Source: Fistulifera solaris (Eukaryota). From it: a DNA stretch of 64,000 nt. Where the stretch lies: the NCBI GenBank assembly GCA_030295235.1, contig AP026135.1, positions 806,001 to 870,000 of the forward strand, in the 5' to 3' direction. The stretch's first letter is position 1; every line of letters begins with the position of its first letter. The position numbers and the translations under genes were made by a program. This document shows, one piece after another, positions 1-12,519 of the stretch. Below the pieces are notes generated by a model. The model saw only the letters and a program-made list of their open reading frames with translations. It ran no database searches and was not told where the DNA came from.

Positions 1-776
1 TTTAAAACAGAAAGTATATCATATAGATCGGGGCCTTCCAATAATCGGGTTGTATCTTCCAACAATGGCGCCAAATTCAATGAATGCCCCGCCAGTGGAA
101 ACACCGAGAGCGGTGCTTGCTTCCCGTTACGGTTTCGAAATGTTTTACTACTCGTGAGCAATGTTCGCAATTCATGTACCGCTCGATATCGTTCTTGACA
201 GCCTTCCACAGTAGTCGCCATGAGTGAGCTGTTGCGGTTAGTTTGCCTTTCGTCCTGTTTCGACTTTTCCTGTTGCGGCGTGTCCACTTTGATAGCTTGT
301 TGTACTAATTTACGAGCGGGCACGGTGAGACATTCGTCTTGCAAGGCTCGCAAAATCGGTTCAAAGTCCAATGTATCCCAACTACGTTGAAAGAGATCCA
401 ATTCTTTGTCTTCATCATCCATAGTGATATCAGGTGGAGCACGATTTTTTGTCTTTTCGAAATTTGCCGACCACCATGCTTCATCCTTCCAACGATCGTT
501 GGCTGATGATTCGTCTTGTAACGTTTGCGGAACACCGAAATCAGGGTCACTGTTCGGATCCCAATCCACCGGACGTCGTAACAGAGAATATCCCTTTTCA
601 CCGGCTCGTACAGCAGTATCGTCTTGCTGTGTTGGCGATGTGCTGAAATGAATTGTCAAGGCGCGTTGTGTGCGTCGGCGGCATAGTTGTGGCTGCCAAC
701 TCCAGGCATTTGTCAGGCCGCCTGCGGCTAATAAAGCGACAGCATGTACCCAAATCGTTAGCTTTTTTGATGGCAT
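1..776 (-). CDS. Plastid-targeted MutS2-like protein, 5' part (runs off the window start)
   Basis: My translation, not in the ORF track: ATG at 776, frame open to position 1. MPSKKLTIWVHAVALLAAGGLTNA-W looks like a signal peptide with an ASAFAP-like site. 'LFQRSWDTLDFEPILRALQDECLTVPARKLV...LLEGPDLYDI' resembles the MutS2 N-terminus. The ATPase domain is not visible. Confidence 0.65.
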   Translation of the reverse strand, partial: MPSKKLTIWVHAVALLAAGGLTNAWSWQPQLCRRRTQRALTIHFSTSPTQQDDTAVRAGEKGYSLLRRPVDWDPNSDPDFGVPQTLQDESSANDRWKDEAWWSANFEKTKNRAPPDITMDDEDKELDLFQRSWDTLDFEPILRALQDECLTVPARKLVQQAIKVDTPQQEKSKQDERQTNRNSSLMATTVEGCQERYRAVHELRTLLTSSKTFRNRNGKQAPLSVFPLAGHSLNLAPLLEDTTRLLEGPDLYDILSVL

Positions 777-910
777 TTGTATACAATAGTTTGCAGGAAC
801 ATTTGCTAATCAATTGCTGTGATGCAACGAAACAGAATTAGTGTGACGACGCGGACGAAAAAGAAAAAGTGACGATGAAAACGACGCGATCGCGTCAGAC
901 AAGGGGAGAC

Positions 911-1407
911 CCGGATATTGGGCAATTCGACATCATCCACTTTTCGGGTATGGTTGACCGCAATTTCATAAAACCATAATTCAACATCGATAACATTACT
1001 AATAAACAAGGTTCACAATCAATTTGAAATCATGATCTAGAAAAGAGCAAAAATGCAACGCTTCGAAATCTACGTGATATTTACGTAGGTCCTGTAGGAA
1101 TTTTAACGATGCACGTAGCATCCGACCCTTATCGAATTTTGACCTCATCAATTCTCAGGTCCGACAGCGACGAATTTCACCTTAATATTCCTCAACATAA
1201 CACCATAGAGACCATAAGCAAGAATCGATATTAATTGGAACACCAAACATGAAAAAAGGCAACAGATGCAATGTTACGAATGTCTACGTGAAGTCAACGT
1301 AGGCCCCCCGTAGGGAAATTTATCTACGGAGGCAAACTCGGATATTATTGTGTAATTCGACAACATCCATGTTCGGGTCATGTTTGACTACAACGCCATA
1401 AAACCAT
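911..1407. repeat. Two pairs of degenerate direct repeats in the order A-B-B'-A'
   Basis: A (~911-977) and A' (~1339-1407) share cggatatt..aattcgaca.catcca..ttcggg...ttgac..caa...cataaaaccat. B (~1053-1103) and B' (~1267-1321) share atgcaa...cgaa..tctacgtga....acgtagg...gtagg.aattt. Confidence 0.6.
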
Positions 1408-2012
1408 GCCCGAACATGTGGCTAACTTCAATGAACGAACGGAGGGAAAGATACATACTGGTATATTCTGGCTCGGAAAACAAAATTGATTCATGACTGA
1501 AATGCAGTCGTGACTAAGACAAAGGATCATTATGTTCTATCGTATCTGGTACAAGTACATACAAAAGGCAAAGTTCTTCATAATTTTTTGACGTAAGCTA
1601 CTAGGGTACCTGGTACGGCGTGCATAACAAGTCTTGCCTAAAGATAGTTGTTGTGTGCAAGACAAAAAATTGCTGTTTCCTAAAATTTAGCTCAATGGAA
1701 CACTAAATTTTTACGAACAGTCTTTGCACGTTTCTTGACGCTGACGCCGTACAGGTCCCGTTACCTGGTACCGGTACCGTACCGGGGACGGAAACGGCGT
1801 TAACATTCTGCCTTGTCGTGGACGCTACGTAGAATCTTGTACTGGGAAGCAGAATTTTAACGTCCTTCCCCGTAATGCTGTACACCCCGTAGTAAATGAG
1901 ACCGAAAGTATTTTGCCGATTGCGGCGCGGGCGACGACGGACGCGGACGAAAAGCGGACGACGAGGAAAAAAACACAAAAAGGCGCAGATCGAAAGCCTT
2001 ATTATTGTAACA

Positions 2013-3652
2013 ATGTTGGAATCCATAACAATATTCTCACCAGGAGGACTGATTTACTATCAATATCGAGCAAATCCTTCGTTACTTTCGGCGAGCGATG
2101 GCCCGACTACCGACACCAACGAAGCCTTAAACGAATTCATCATTCGACCGATTTTGTGCGATCCGGCCATCAACGCTACCAAGTTTTATCACATTGCGGG
2201 ACGTTTGACTTTTTGTTGGGTCGCATACGATGAGTTTTACACGGTGGCATGTTATCCTGACATTTTATTCGAGGGGCCACGGCAGTATTTGAAGGAGTGG
2301 TCGACCAAACTAGTCGAGGCGGTCGCGAGTGAGTATTTGCTCTACTACGAGGCTTCCACGAACAAAGTTCCGCGTCCGGATCCACAGCCATTCGATACGA
2401 CATTTCAGCTTTTGCTGCAACAGAGCAAGAGCATTGGGGCCGGAGGCAGCGCAAGCACTAAGGAGACGACAGGAACTCAAAAGAAGACGAATGATACATC
2501 TGCCACTTCAGGAAAGGCCAAACGAAATTGGCATGACGGAAACGCTAAAATAACACAAAAAGCCATGGAAGAACTTGACTTCTCAGGGACCAACAGTGCG
2601 AACGAGAACCCAGAAGTGTGGATGGAACTAGCGTTGAAAGAAGCCCGACAGGCCTATCTTCCGAGTCAAGAGGAGTTGCAACAGCAAAAGAAAGTGTAAT
2701 CACCCAAGCAGATCCATCTTCATGGTCAACTTCTATCTCAGGATTGTTTCAACAAATCGCGGGCACCAAGATATTGACAGATGCGGATTTAGAGAAACCT
2801 CTGGCAGCGCTACAAGAAATGCTGACGAGTCAAAATGTGGCAGCCGAGATTGCGCAAAAGCTTGTGGACGCCTGCCGTGTCAAGTTAGTCGGAAAGAAAT
2901 TGCAATCACTGTATCGGGTTCAAACGGCCGTGCAGCAGGCGTTGGAGGCGGTCGTGACACGTTTCCTGCAACAACGTCAGGTGGACTTGCTTCGACTCGT
3001 CAACAAGAGTGGCGGAAGTGGCGTCTTTGGCAACAAACAAGGACGTCCCTTCGTTATCGTCGTTTGCGGTATCAATGGTATTGGGAAGACGACTACCGTT
3101 GCCAAATTAGCTTATTACTTTCAGCAGCACGGCTGTTATCCGCTTTTGGCCGCTGCCGACACCTTCCGAAGCGGGGCGGTTGAACAGTTGCGAGTTCATG
3201 CAGAATGTTTGCAAGTTCCTATCTTTGCCCAAGGGTATGCCAAAGACCCTTCCGCCGTCGCGGCAGCGGCAATTCAGCAGGCCACCACGAATGGGAATCG
3301 TGTTGTGCTCGTCGATACGGCCGGTCGTATGCAAAACAATGTTTCGTTAATGAAAGCCATGACAAAGTTAATACAGGAGAACCAACCTGATTTCCGCATG
3401 CTCGTGTGCGAAGCACTTGTTGGACACGATGGTTTGGATCAGTTCCAGCTATTTCAAAAGGCAGTCGGTAAAATCGATGGACTGATTTTAACCAAAATGG
3501 ATACGGTGGGCAGCAAAGTTGGCGCCGCCTTGACATTAACGCATCAAACAGGGACGCCGATTGTCTTTTGCGGAACCGGACAAAAATACCATCATTTACA
3601 GGAATTGTCGGTACCACAAACTGTACAAAGTCTTCTCTCTACGTCTTATTAG
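2013..3652 (+). CDS. SRPRA: Signal recognition particle receptor alpha subunit (one apparent frameshift at ~2686-2689)
   Basis: The N-terminal SRX/longin start MLESITIFSPGGLI lies in ORF 1896-2699. SRP GTPase motifs GINGIGKTTT, DTFRSGA, DTAGR, TKMD and GTGQ lie in ORF 2618-3652. Adding one A to the A4 run joins them. Confidence 0.9.
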
Positions 3653-4085
3653 TGGAAAGAGTTGGATTCCACAGTTTTTCCTAAAGCAAAACTTAATTAT
3701 CTAAATGAATCGCCAGTGATCACAACGGTAGTACGACGAAAAAGACCATTATTTCCCACGTATTCGTCCGAAAGACTGTCTTCACCAGTATCGTCGTTGT
3801 GTTTATTGGTGGAAAAGCAGAGCGGAACCAACGTGATGCGCCGATAAAATACCGATATGATCGGCCGGAAGAGTTCGACGATACAGTTCCCTTTACATGT
3901 GCCTGACTGCGGTCTCTTATCAACAGGTTAAAACACGAACTTCCGTACAAACCAGCACGAAAAGAGGGCTGTCTGGGCAATTGAATTGAACTAGAGTACA
4001 ATCCCATCATCTCTCAACATAGCTTTGTTGCAAATTTCGTTCGCTTCGCCACATCACTCGTTGCGAAAGCCATCGAGACGCAAAA

Positions 4086-5114
4086 TTACTGAATTCTTCT
4101 CCTGCGTTCAAAACACTGCAAGATGGTTTCTTCTCGTGAAATCAGTTCGGGAAAATCCTTTTGCACAAGTGTTTGATCAAACGAATGCTCATTTAACGTC
4201 ACTATAAGAAGATAGTCGATGGATTCCAGGAATGGGACCCAACTACCCAGCCAACGCGTCAGCGCATGAAATCCCAAAACAAAGAGTCGCACCCACCGGT
4301 CTGGGACGGTCAGATAATAACGCATGTTATAAGCTTCCCGATACGCTTGTAAAAAAGTTCCATACGAAGCCGGTCTTGAGAAACGAAGCGGCCGACAGTA
4401 GAAATAAATGGGTTGCAGTACCTTGTCGTGCGGGGATGATAATATCAAATTCAGCAACGTTGCCGCATTCCGTCCACTGTTGCAGTCAATCGGTATTGCC
4501 AGCAATGGACCCAAACGAGCTTGCATCGCAAGAGACTGACATTGAATACAAGCAGGAGCATCGGTGAAAATAGCACCGAATCGTAAATGCGTATAGGACT
4601 TGGGCGGATTCGATGAAGTGGCCCAATGGCTAATTCGTTCTTCGCATGCTCGTTTGAAACGGTCGTACGGGTTGGATAATTCCTGTGACGATGAAACTGT
4701 ATCATCCTTTTCGGAAAACATCGATTGCCGGGGATGATGATCGACCGCGGCAATGGAAGAAATGTGTACGATTTGTCGAACTTGCGACGGGAGCGAGTTC
4801 AAGAGTACAGTTAGGCCGTGTAGCATAGCTTGTGCATACTTCCATGACTGTTGATTCGTCCGGTATGTCACCAACGGTGGACGAATACTGACAATGACTC
4901 GATCAATATGATCGACTTTCATGTATTTTGTGAGTTCCTGGGAATTCTCTGTTAAATCACAGGAAAGGAAAGTCACATTGCCAGGCAACCAAGCCGGTTT
5001 CTTTTTCTCTATACCCACGACAACCCACTCTTCTGTCAAGCTGAAGGCTTGAAAGTAGGACTGCGCGAAGCCAGAAGTTCCTCCAATCCATAAAATGGTT
5101 TCCTTTGATTTCAT
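4086..5114 (-). CDS. NAD-dependent epimerase/dehydratase (extended SDR) family protein
   Basis: Probable start MKSKETILWIGGTSGF (Rossmann-like), followed by HISSIAA, a catalytic YxxxK (YDRFK) and LRFGAIF. Confidence 0.75.
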   Translation of the reverse strand: MKSKETILWIGGTSGFAQSYFQAFSLTEEWVVVGIEKKKPAWLPGNVTFLSCDLTENSQELTKYMKVDHIDRVIVSIRPPLVTYRTNQQSWKYAQAMLHGLTVLLNSLPSQVRQIVHISSIAAVDHHPRQSMFSEKDDTVSSSQELSNPYDRFKRACEERISHWATSSNPPKSYTHLRFGAIFTDAPACIQCQSLAMQARLGPLLAIPIDCNSGRNAATLLNLILSSPHDKVLQPIYFYCRPLRFSRPASYGTFLQAYREAYNMRYYLTVPDRWVRLFVLGFHALTRWLGSWVPFLESIDYLLIVTLNEHSFDQTLVQKDFPELISREETILQCFERRRRIQ

Positions 5115-5568
5115 GATTGATTTCTTCTTTTCTGCACCTTTTGCGTCGTCATTTGTCCTGTTTTTTGTGTCTCTTCGGAAAAATGGGACGCAACAAATAA
5201 TCGCAGACGCATTTTTTCCGTTGAGATGGGCCACCTGTCCGTTGATGAAGGCCAAGACAGCTACCGTATTAATACATGCGGTGTGTATCTGGATCCGTTG
5301 GGTCTTACTTAGGCGGTAACTGGGTGCCGGACGGATGTTTGCGGTACCGGTACCGAAGTCGATTAAATAACACGACGACCATTTAGCGCGAAGAGCAAAA
5401 TAAGGAAAGATGGCGATGAAAAAGTCATCGCAGCGTCTTTCGAACAAGAGACGACCGAACGACCAGACACGATTTATTACAGCGAATTCGTTCGAAACGT
5501 AAACAAATCTATCTCGTTGACGTCAATTGAGTCATTTCACCCTTTTCATCTCAATCTAATTTGAAACG

Positions 5569-6393
5569 ATGAAAGTTGTCGGCTTAGCCATTGTTCGCAC
5601 AGGCTCTGACCTCAACGAGCCTGTTCCGTTGACAGTCGCAACAGAGCTCAGCAGTTTCGGTTTCTTTCAGAGACAGGTACGTTAATTGAGAAGTTGTATT
5701 GTATATGCACGCAATGCGTTCGCATTAGAGAAGATGTTCTGCGCAGTATCGTAACGCTGTCATCCTGATTTTTCTCACAACTCTTACATGATGTCTGCCT
5801 TATCTTTTGTCAATATTTTCCTCGCCTTCTTTGCCTTTGAACGACCACTCTATCCTACAAATAAAACAACAATAAACTCATCTTCGCATACATAACAGTC
5901 AGTCAAAGAAATGCTCATGTTTTTAACCAAAACGTTCATGAAACGTACAGAACCGGGTCAACGTCAATCCGTCGAACACGAGGGCTACGTCGTACATTGC
6001 TATGTGCGCAGCGATGGCTTGGGAGGTACCGTCACTACCGATGGTGAATATCCGGCACGGGTGGCATTCGTCATGTTGGGGCAATTATTGGATGAATTTG
6101 CACAGAAGCAGGGCGACAGTTGGAAGACCGTGACGACACCCGAGTCGGTCACATTCCCTCCTGCTGACGAGTATTTGCAAAAATACCAAAACCCTGCCGA
6201 AGCGGATAAGATTACCAAAATTCAAAAGGATTTAGATGAAACGACACAGATCTTGCACAAAACGATTGATTCGGTTCTAGAACGTGGCGTGAAACTCGAC
6301 AATCTAGTCGAAAAGTCCAACGATCTGTCGGCGCAGTCCAAACTCTTTTACAAATCGGCCAAGAAAACGAATAGCTGCTGTGTGGTGTCGTAA
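5569..6393 (+). CDS. YKT6: R-SNARE YKT6 (intron 5677-5898)
   Basis: Exon 1 MKVVGLAIVR...ELSSFGFFQRQ splices in frame (GT-AG) to SVKEMLMFLTKT. It has a longin domain, the SNARE motif KTIDSVLERGVKLDNLVEKSNDLS and a C-terminal CCVVS lipidation motif. Confidence 0.95.
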
Positions 6394-6874
6394 AATTATC
6401 TAGAATACTGCCTGTTCATTTATGAAGTAGCATAAGAATATGAATAGCAAGAGATGTTGCGTGTAGAAGAGTCGTCTAAAGCTACCGTTGTAAGACTAGT
6501 CGACGCTTCGTTCAAGGCAAAGCTGACTCTGCCTTCCTATCCTTTTCGTTTGAAAGGTAAATGATGAATTCAAAGTAAAGCACTAAAGAACCGACATACT
6601 CTTTGTATTTTTTGGGCCTACACGGGTTACGGGTTTACCTTAGTTTCTTCAGGGTCTGCACGTCATGCGTGTAAGTATGGGCATTGAGACAGCAGTGTCA
6701 AAGTTTTTGTAGGCGAATTTCGCGTTGCCACACAAAATTGAAAAATGATTTGCGCCCCATTTTCGTTTCCTCTGACAAGCATTTGATTCCGTTTCTTCTT
6801 ATCCCTTTGAGTCTTTGTACAGAAACACCGCTTTCTTTTGAATCAGTAAAGAATGTACGCAAGAGTATTGTGAA

Positions 6875-8162
6875 ATGGTGGAGACGAATAATGCCACAAC
6901 TGAGTCGTCTTCCCTGGAAACGATCATTCAAAATGCGTGGGCTTCCTCCGATGATGACAAAAACGTCCAGGATTGGTTTCGTCAACTGGACGTGCAGGGA
7001 CAAAAGAAAGTAGAGGATGGAGTCGAAGCAATTTTGACATCGGCGATGACAATAGCTTGTCGAAAGAGCCACGAAATAATACAGCAAGAGAAAAGCAATA
7101 AGCGCGCATCGCGGCAGAACCGCGGTAACAAAGACAATCGGCCGCGATCGAGTAGTGCTACGAAAGGAAACAACGGTCACGGATACGGCGGTTATCATCA
7201 ATCCATGCCTCCACCCATGTCCTACCATCGGCCTCCTCTTCATGATGATTCGTATTACGGACGGCGACCGTACGAGGATCATCGTCGTTACGGAGATCGC
7301 ATGTACAGCAATGAACCGGACTGGAAGGATGCGGATTATCGGTACGGACCACCCGAAGCGCACTCGCGGTATCGCTCCCCCAGTCCCAGGCGTAGACGGA
7401 GATCGGACGATTTAGAAGAAGAAGATCGGAGATCGCGAAGATCGCGATCCAGATCAGGGTACCGCTACGAAGAGCGCTACGATGATGCACGCTATTCGGA
7501 ATATCGGTATTCGGGCTCTAGGTATGAAGATTCGCGATATGACGGTCGGTATATTGACCGGTATGAGGAGGATGATCGATATGGACGCGGTTACGAGGAC
7601 AGATGTGGTGACCGGGAATACTCACACGAAGAGCGGTCGAAACGAAAGAGCCGCGACGATGGGGGAGACGAACGCCGCCGCAAGTCTCGTCGTGACGAAG
7701 ATTTCGAGCCAGATACAGCACGGCTTGAGGAGACGGAGGACAAAAAATATCGCAGCAAGAACACGGAAATCGATAAATCCCGCAAAGTTGACGACGATAC
7801 GACATCGGTATCCAAAGCCGAAGATTCTCACCGCTCGCGGCACAAGAAATCGAAAAAGCACCGGTCGCGGCGCAGTCGCAGTCGAAGCTACGATCATGAT
7901 GAACATCGGCGCCGTCGTTCCAGCAGCGAGTCCACGCGGTCGCGAAAGAAGCGACGCAAAAAGCACAGTCGGTCATCGGCCGCAAGTAGTGATGACAGTT
8001 ATTCGGCTGAGCGCAAGCGCAACAGTAAATCCTCTTCGGCAAAAAAAGCGAAAGAAGCGTGGTTATCGAGACAAAGAATCAAGAGAAAGTCGCGACAAGG
8101 AGTCGAAGGAATCGAGAGAACATCGCAATGCGGATGTACCGAAAGATCCAGACGAGAAGTAG
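6875..8162 (+). CDS. Arg/Ser/Asp-rich low-complexity protein, probably nuclear (apparent frameshift at 8041-8047)
   Basis: Long ORF with RS/RD/RY repeats. Removing one A from the A7 run continues it as KKRKKRGYRDKESRESRDKESKESRE to the stop at 8162. Confidence 0.65.
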
Positions 8163-8781
8163 TTACCAATCCAAATTGTTCTCCTTTGCTACACCGGGAG
8201 ACTCATTTCTACAGATATTCTGTTGCGAACAGAAAAGCCTGGAACAGCTTATACTCAACTTAAAACGCTATAGGATATGCCCAAATTGAACACTCGCCAT
8301 TTGTTTTGCAAACGTGTTAACAAGAAATTAGTTTCTTTGTTCAGTCGGTCTGACTTATGGTGTTAGATGTTGCTGTGCGTTTGCTTTGTCGTCATGAAGC
8401 ATCAACCTTAGCCTTCGCCGAAGCAGCATCAACTTTCCTCTCCTAAAGTCAAGGATACTGGCTTGCTAGGTCACAACCGCATTAACACATATCATATCAC
8501 TAGACTTCAGTACAGTACCGGTACTTGTACACAGCAATCTACTGTTGATGCAAGATGCTCTCTCCGTCTGCCGCGTGTCCGGCAACCCATTTTTTCCTCC
8601 TGGATCGTGAGTTTTTTTAGAGCGTAAAAACGATCATTCAATAGCAAAAGAAAAACGAAGTTCATTCATTTCTAGGATCTTTCTCGCCTTAGACGTTGAC
8701 TATAGTTCACTTCTGAACGGCACACCAACACGCTTGAGCAAAAGCTGACTTCTCGGTTTCCATCACTCTAGAACACGCAAA

Positions 8782-10265
8782 ATGGAGCGATTTCTCCGAG
8801 GGGTCGACCACATCAAAGTCGTCGCTCCCGAAAAGATCCAAATCGATATTGATCGAGACTGGTTCATCATTCGTAACATTGTTGGAGTATTAATAACGAT
8901 TGCGACGGTCGGTTTAATCTCCGGGCTCTTTTGGGGCTTCTGACCCTCGATGCTCTGGACCTGCAAATCATGGAACGGGCGAGTCTCGACGAAGACGAAA
9001 AAGTGTATGCCCGTGAATTGCTGCCGGTCGTTCAGAATCGTCATCGACTGCTAGTTTCATTGCTAGTGCTTAACGCTTTAGCCTATGAATCGATGCCCAT
9101 TTTCTTGGATGCTTTAGTTCCTTCCTGGGTAGCAATCATTCTTTCCGTGACACTGATTCTTCTGTTTGGAGAAATTTTGCCTTCGGCAATCTTTACGGGC
9201 CCCAATCAGTTGAAACTCGGATACTATTCTATTCCGCTGGTGCAAGTCTTTCTGGTGATTACTGCACCTATCGCAGTTCCTCTGGCAAAATTGTTGGATT
9301 ACATGGTGCACGACGGTCCGGCGTCTTCGCATCACCATGAGCCTTACAATCGAGGTGAACTTTCGGCGCTTGTTCGCATTCAGTACGAAGAACGCATGGC
9401 CAGTCAAACACGACGACGCGGTATGAAACCACAAGAACGAAAGGCAACGCAGTGGGCTAATTTTAAGAAGGAAATGCTGCAAGCCGTCACGGAACGATTT
9501 GAAGAAAATGAAATTGAATCGACTCTCGAACCTCCTCCATTAGACGAGCAATTGACGCCCCCATTGCATAGGACAGAAGTGCATCTTATTGAAGGTTCCC
9601 TACAAATGAAAACAAAAGTAACAATGGATATTTACACACCTCTTCGTCACGTGTACGCCGTACCCGACAATATGATCCTGGATAAAGACAACATAAGTGC
9701 TATTTATAGCTACGGATTCTCGAGGATACCGGTCTATCGCGCCACAGAGCCTTTTCTCAGCGAAGCAGGTCACGAGTCACTGCCGGAACGTTCTCGAATG
9801 ATTGGTTATCTAATGACGCGACAACTCATGCTTATTGACTGGGATCACAAACGTCAAGTATCGTCTTTACCCCTCCAAAAACCTCTCGTCTTTTCTCCGA
9901 GAGCAAACCTCGTAGACGTTCTTTCTGGTCTACGGTCCAAAGGTGTCATCATGGGATTTGTTTGCGCTCGGACGGATATTGCAAAGCAAGCACTGAACAA
10001 TAATCAACCGATACCGGTCGAGGCTGGGTTCATGGGAATCCTTACTTTGGAAGATGTCATGGAAAGCATTCTGCAAGATCGAATTTATGACGAATTCGAC
10101 ATGAAAGAAAGGGATCGAGCTGTCGCGACATTGCAACGCTGGGCAGCGACAAGATTACAAAAGTTTGTGCGAAAGAAGCAAAAAGAGAGACGATTTAGTG
10201 CCAACGGAACTACAGAACGAACCCCACTGCTGAGAGAGAACAGCGGATCCTTTTATTCAACTTAG
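8782..10265 (+). CDS. CNNM/DUF21 + CBS domain metal transporter-like protein (apparent frameshift at 8929-8932)
   Basis: DUF21 signature ISGLF[L]GLLTLD...HRLLVSLLVLNA..ESMPIFLD...ILLFGEILP, and a CBS region GFSRIPVY...GILTLEDVME. The ATG at 8782 joins when one T is restored. Confidence 0.88.
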
Positions 10266-10442
10266 ATCGTCATATAAACGCTGCTAGTATCGTTAGACTT
10301 AATTTAGATGCATACTTTGTAAGCAATAGGCACTTGAGACATAAAAACGCTCTCTTAATTACTTTCGTGCTGTACACTATGTTGAAGGAAAGCAAACGTG
10401 CTGATAAGGTTACAACCAGCAGTCAGATCAATAGAAATACCG

Positions 10443-11329
10443 TCATGTGTTTAATTTATCACCTGCATTGGCCCAGTGATGTTTGCGACAAAGATATGCG
10501 TAGACACATCTGGCGAAAATTGTGAGACAAGATTCTTCAATTGTAACTTCCGTAATGCAGGTACTTACTTATCATACGCCGAACTACCCCTCTCCCTCGA
10601 TCCATCGACGGGAAGGGAATGAACACTAACTCCTTGCCAATAGTGGTTAAGCTCATACTTGTATTCCAAGTACTCGACCCGACTATCTGGATTCCCCGTT
10701 GTGACAAGGAAGAACACTCCATGACTGCGTGCTAGAACACGGTGAATCTCCGCAACTACCAGATGCACGCTCGTCTTGGGACCGCTCAATACAGCATCAA
10801 ATGCTCCCTTGCAAATGATCAAATCAAAGGACTCATTTGCAAAAGGCAGAGGCTTAGTAATATCAGCACATACGAATTTCATCGGATGTAGGGGTTTGTA
10901 TCCAAAAACGTTCCGGTAGAATGCCTCTCCGTACTTGTGTTTCATTTGATCAATCACCACATCGGAAAAGTCTACGTTCATAATTGGACCTAACCATCCA
11001 TCCAATATCATTTCTTCCCCCAACGTTGAGTTGCCACAACCCAAAATAAGGACTCGACATTCTCTCTTGCGTGGAAAACGATTCGATTTGAGAATTTGCG
11101 GTTTCTGAACCCTCAGCGTTGTACCAGGTGCGACACCCATACGGTCCGGTTCCAAAAAGGGACGCAGCTGGTTGTAATTCATGTACCATTCACAGGGCTG
11201 ACTGCAACGATGCGCCCAAGTGAGAGCATGAGATGGTCCGAGAAAGTTACCTGGCAACCGAACAACTTACTCGTTGGCCGTTGTGGCATAGCGCTGGTTC
11301 CAATAGTTTAGGCTGCTGTAGAAGGACAT
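10443..11329 (-). CDS. Class I SAM methyltransferase, METTL13/EEF1AKMT4-like (introns 11202-11270, 10510-10568)
   Basis: Spliced model MSFYSSLNYWNQRY...CEWY...RVLILGCGNS...NVDFSDVVI...FDLIICKGAFDAVL...VYAYLCRK matches this family. Confidence 0.8.
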
Positions 11330-12519
11330 TTGTTTGCGATGAAACGAGAAGGGATGATCATACAAAAAAACTATCTTTGTTATGGCTTGCGACGAAAGTG
11401 TCACGCAATTATTTCAACCGAACCATTTTCCCACGTTGGGTATCGAATTCATGCTGATCACTCCAGTTTTCGTGCGAAACGGTTGCAGCGTGAATGTCAC
11501 ATCATCCGTTCCTCTCTATACATAGTAACGCAACATGACCTTAATAAGCGTGACACATGAAAGACTTCTCCAACACATACACCGAACAGGGAATTATCAA
11601 AATCGGGCCGCCACTCCGTACCCAAAGTGCCACTCCACGCTCGTCATTGCGTAAAATACGGCCATGTACTTCGAGCTAAGCTCCCACTTAGTTCATGATA
11701 GCTCGATGGTTGTCCAGCGAGGTGAAAAACGAAAGGCGGCACAAGAGAAACGAGCAACACATGCTCACGTTCTCTCGTTTATCATCATCGTGGCCGCTTG
11801 GTTTCAGTTTTGTCGCCGGACAAAAACTTTACAAAGGTTCCAACTGTACCTGGCAGGGACCGTTTATTGGGATGACTCATTTTCAGTCATGAGCCTTAAA
11901 TGGCGTTAATGTCAACGTTTTCCTATGAACACACGTAGGTTTGCAGCGATTCCCAGGAATCATTTTTTGCATTACCTTGCAACGCATTGCTCGATTGTTG
12001 ACGTTTGAAGGTTGCCCATCACTAAAAAAATTGCTAGGCATTGGAGTGTCGATCGATTTTACAAGACTCGATTTCAGTCGCACCGTATCTATGATCATCG
12101 AAAAGTGACCAAGGTGACCTACGACGTAATTGCTAAGTACGGCCGCACGTAACTGTGTACATAAGCCCGGCGGCTAAGATGCGAAGCCTGGCGACTAAAA
12201 TATGTGAAAGCAGACACTGAAGTGTGCACAGTACACGACTTTCTACTTAATCTTGGTTGGTGGGTGTGCGAACCAATCAAGAATTGAACAAGTTAATTCG
12301 GCTCAATTCGGACCAAACAAATTTAAACTTCCATGTTGATAGAATGGCTGATGAAATAATTCTGATCATCATTAATTAGTAATGGTTAGTACATTAATCC
12401 CTAGAGTTGTTTGCAGACATGGCCTTCGTACTTCGTTGCTGTCCATTTCCTAATCAGAGTTCTACCCCGTAGCCCGTAGATCCGTCGGTACCTTGCAAGA
12501 ATGAATTCCGTTGTTCTAT

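Noticed and set aside
2686..2699. Programmed ribosomal frameshifting in SRPRA and other genes
   Set aside because: The shifts go in both directions, fall on A, C, G and T runs, and share no slippery motif. Sequencing error is more parsimonious.
3720..4010. Short ORFs between SRPRA and the SDR gene, and in 11460-12500
   Set aside because: No recognisable motifs or consistent splice model.
5677..5898. Longer-than-usual YKT6 intron as a snoRNA host
   Set aside because: No convincing C/D or H/ACA box arrangement with terminal stems was found by eye.
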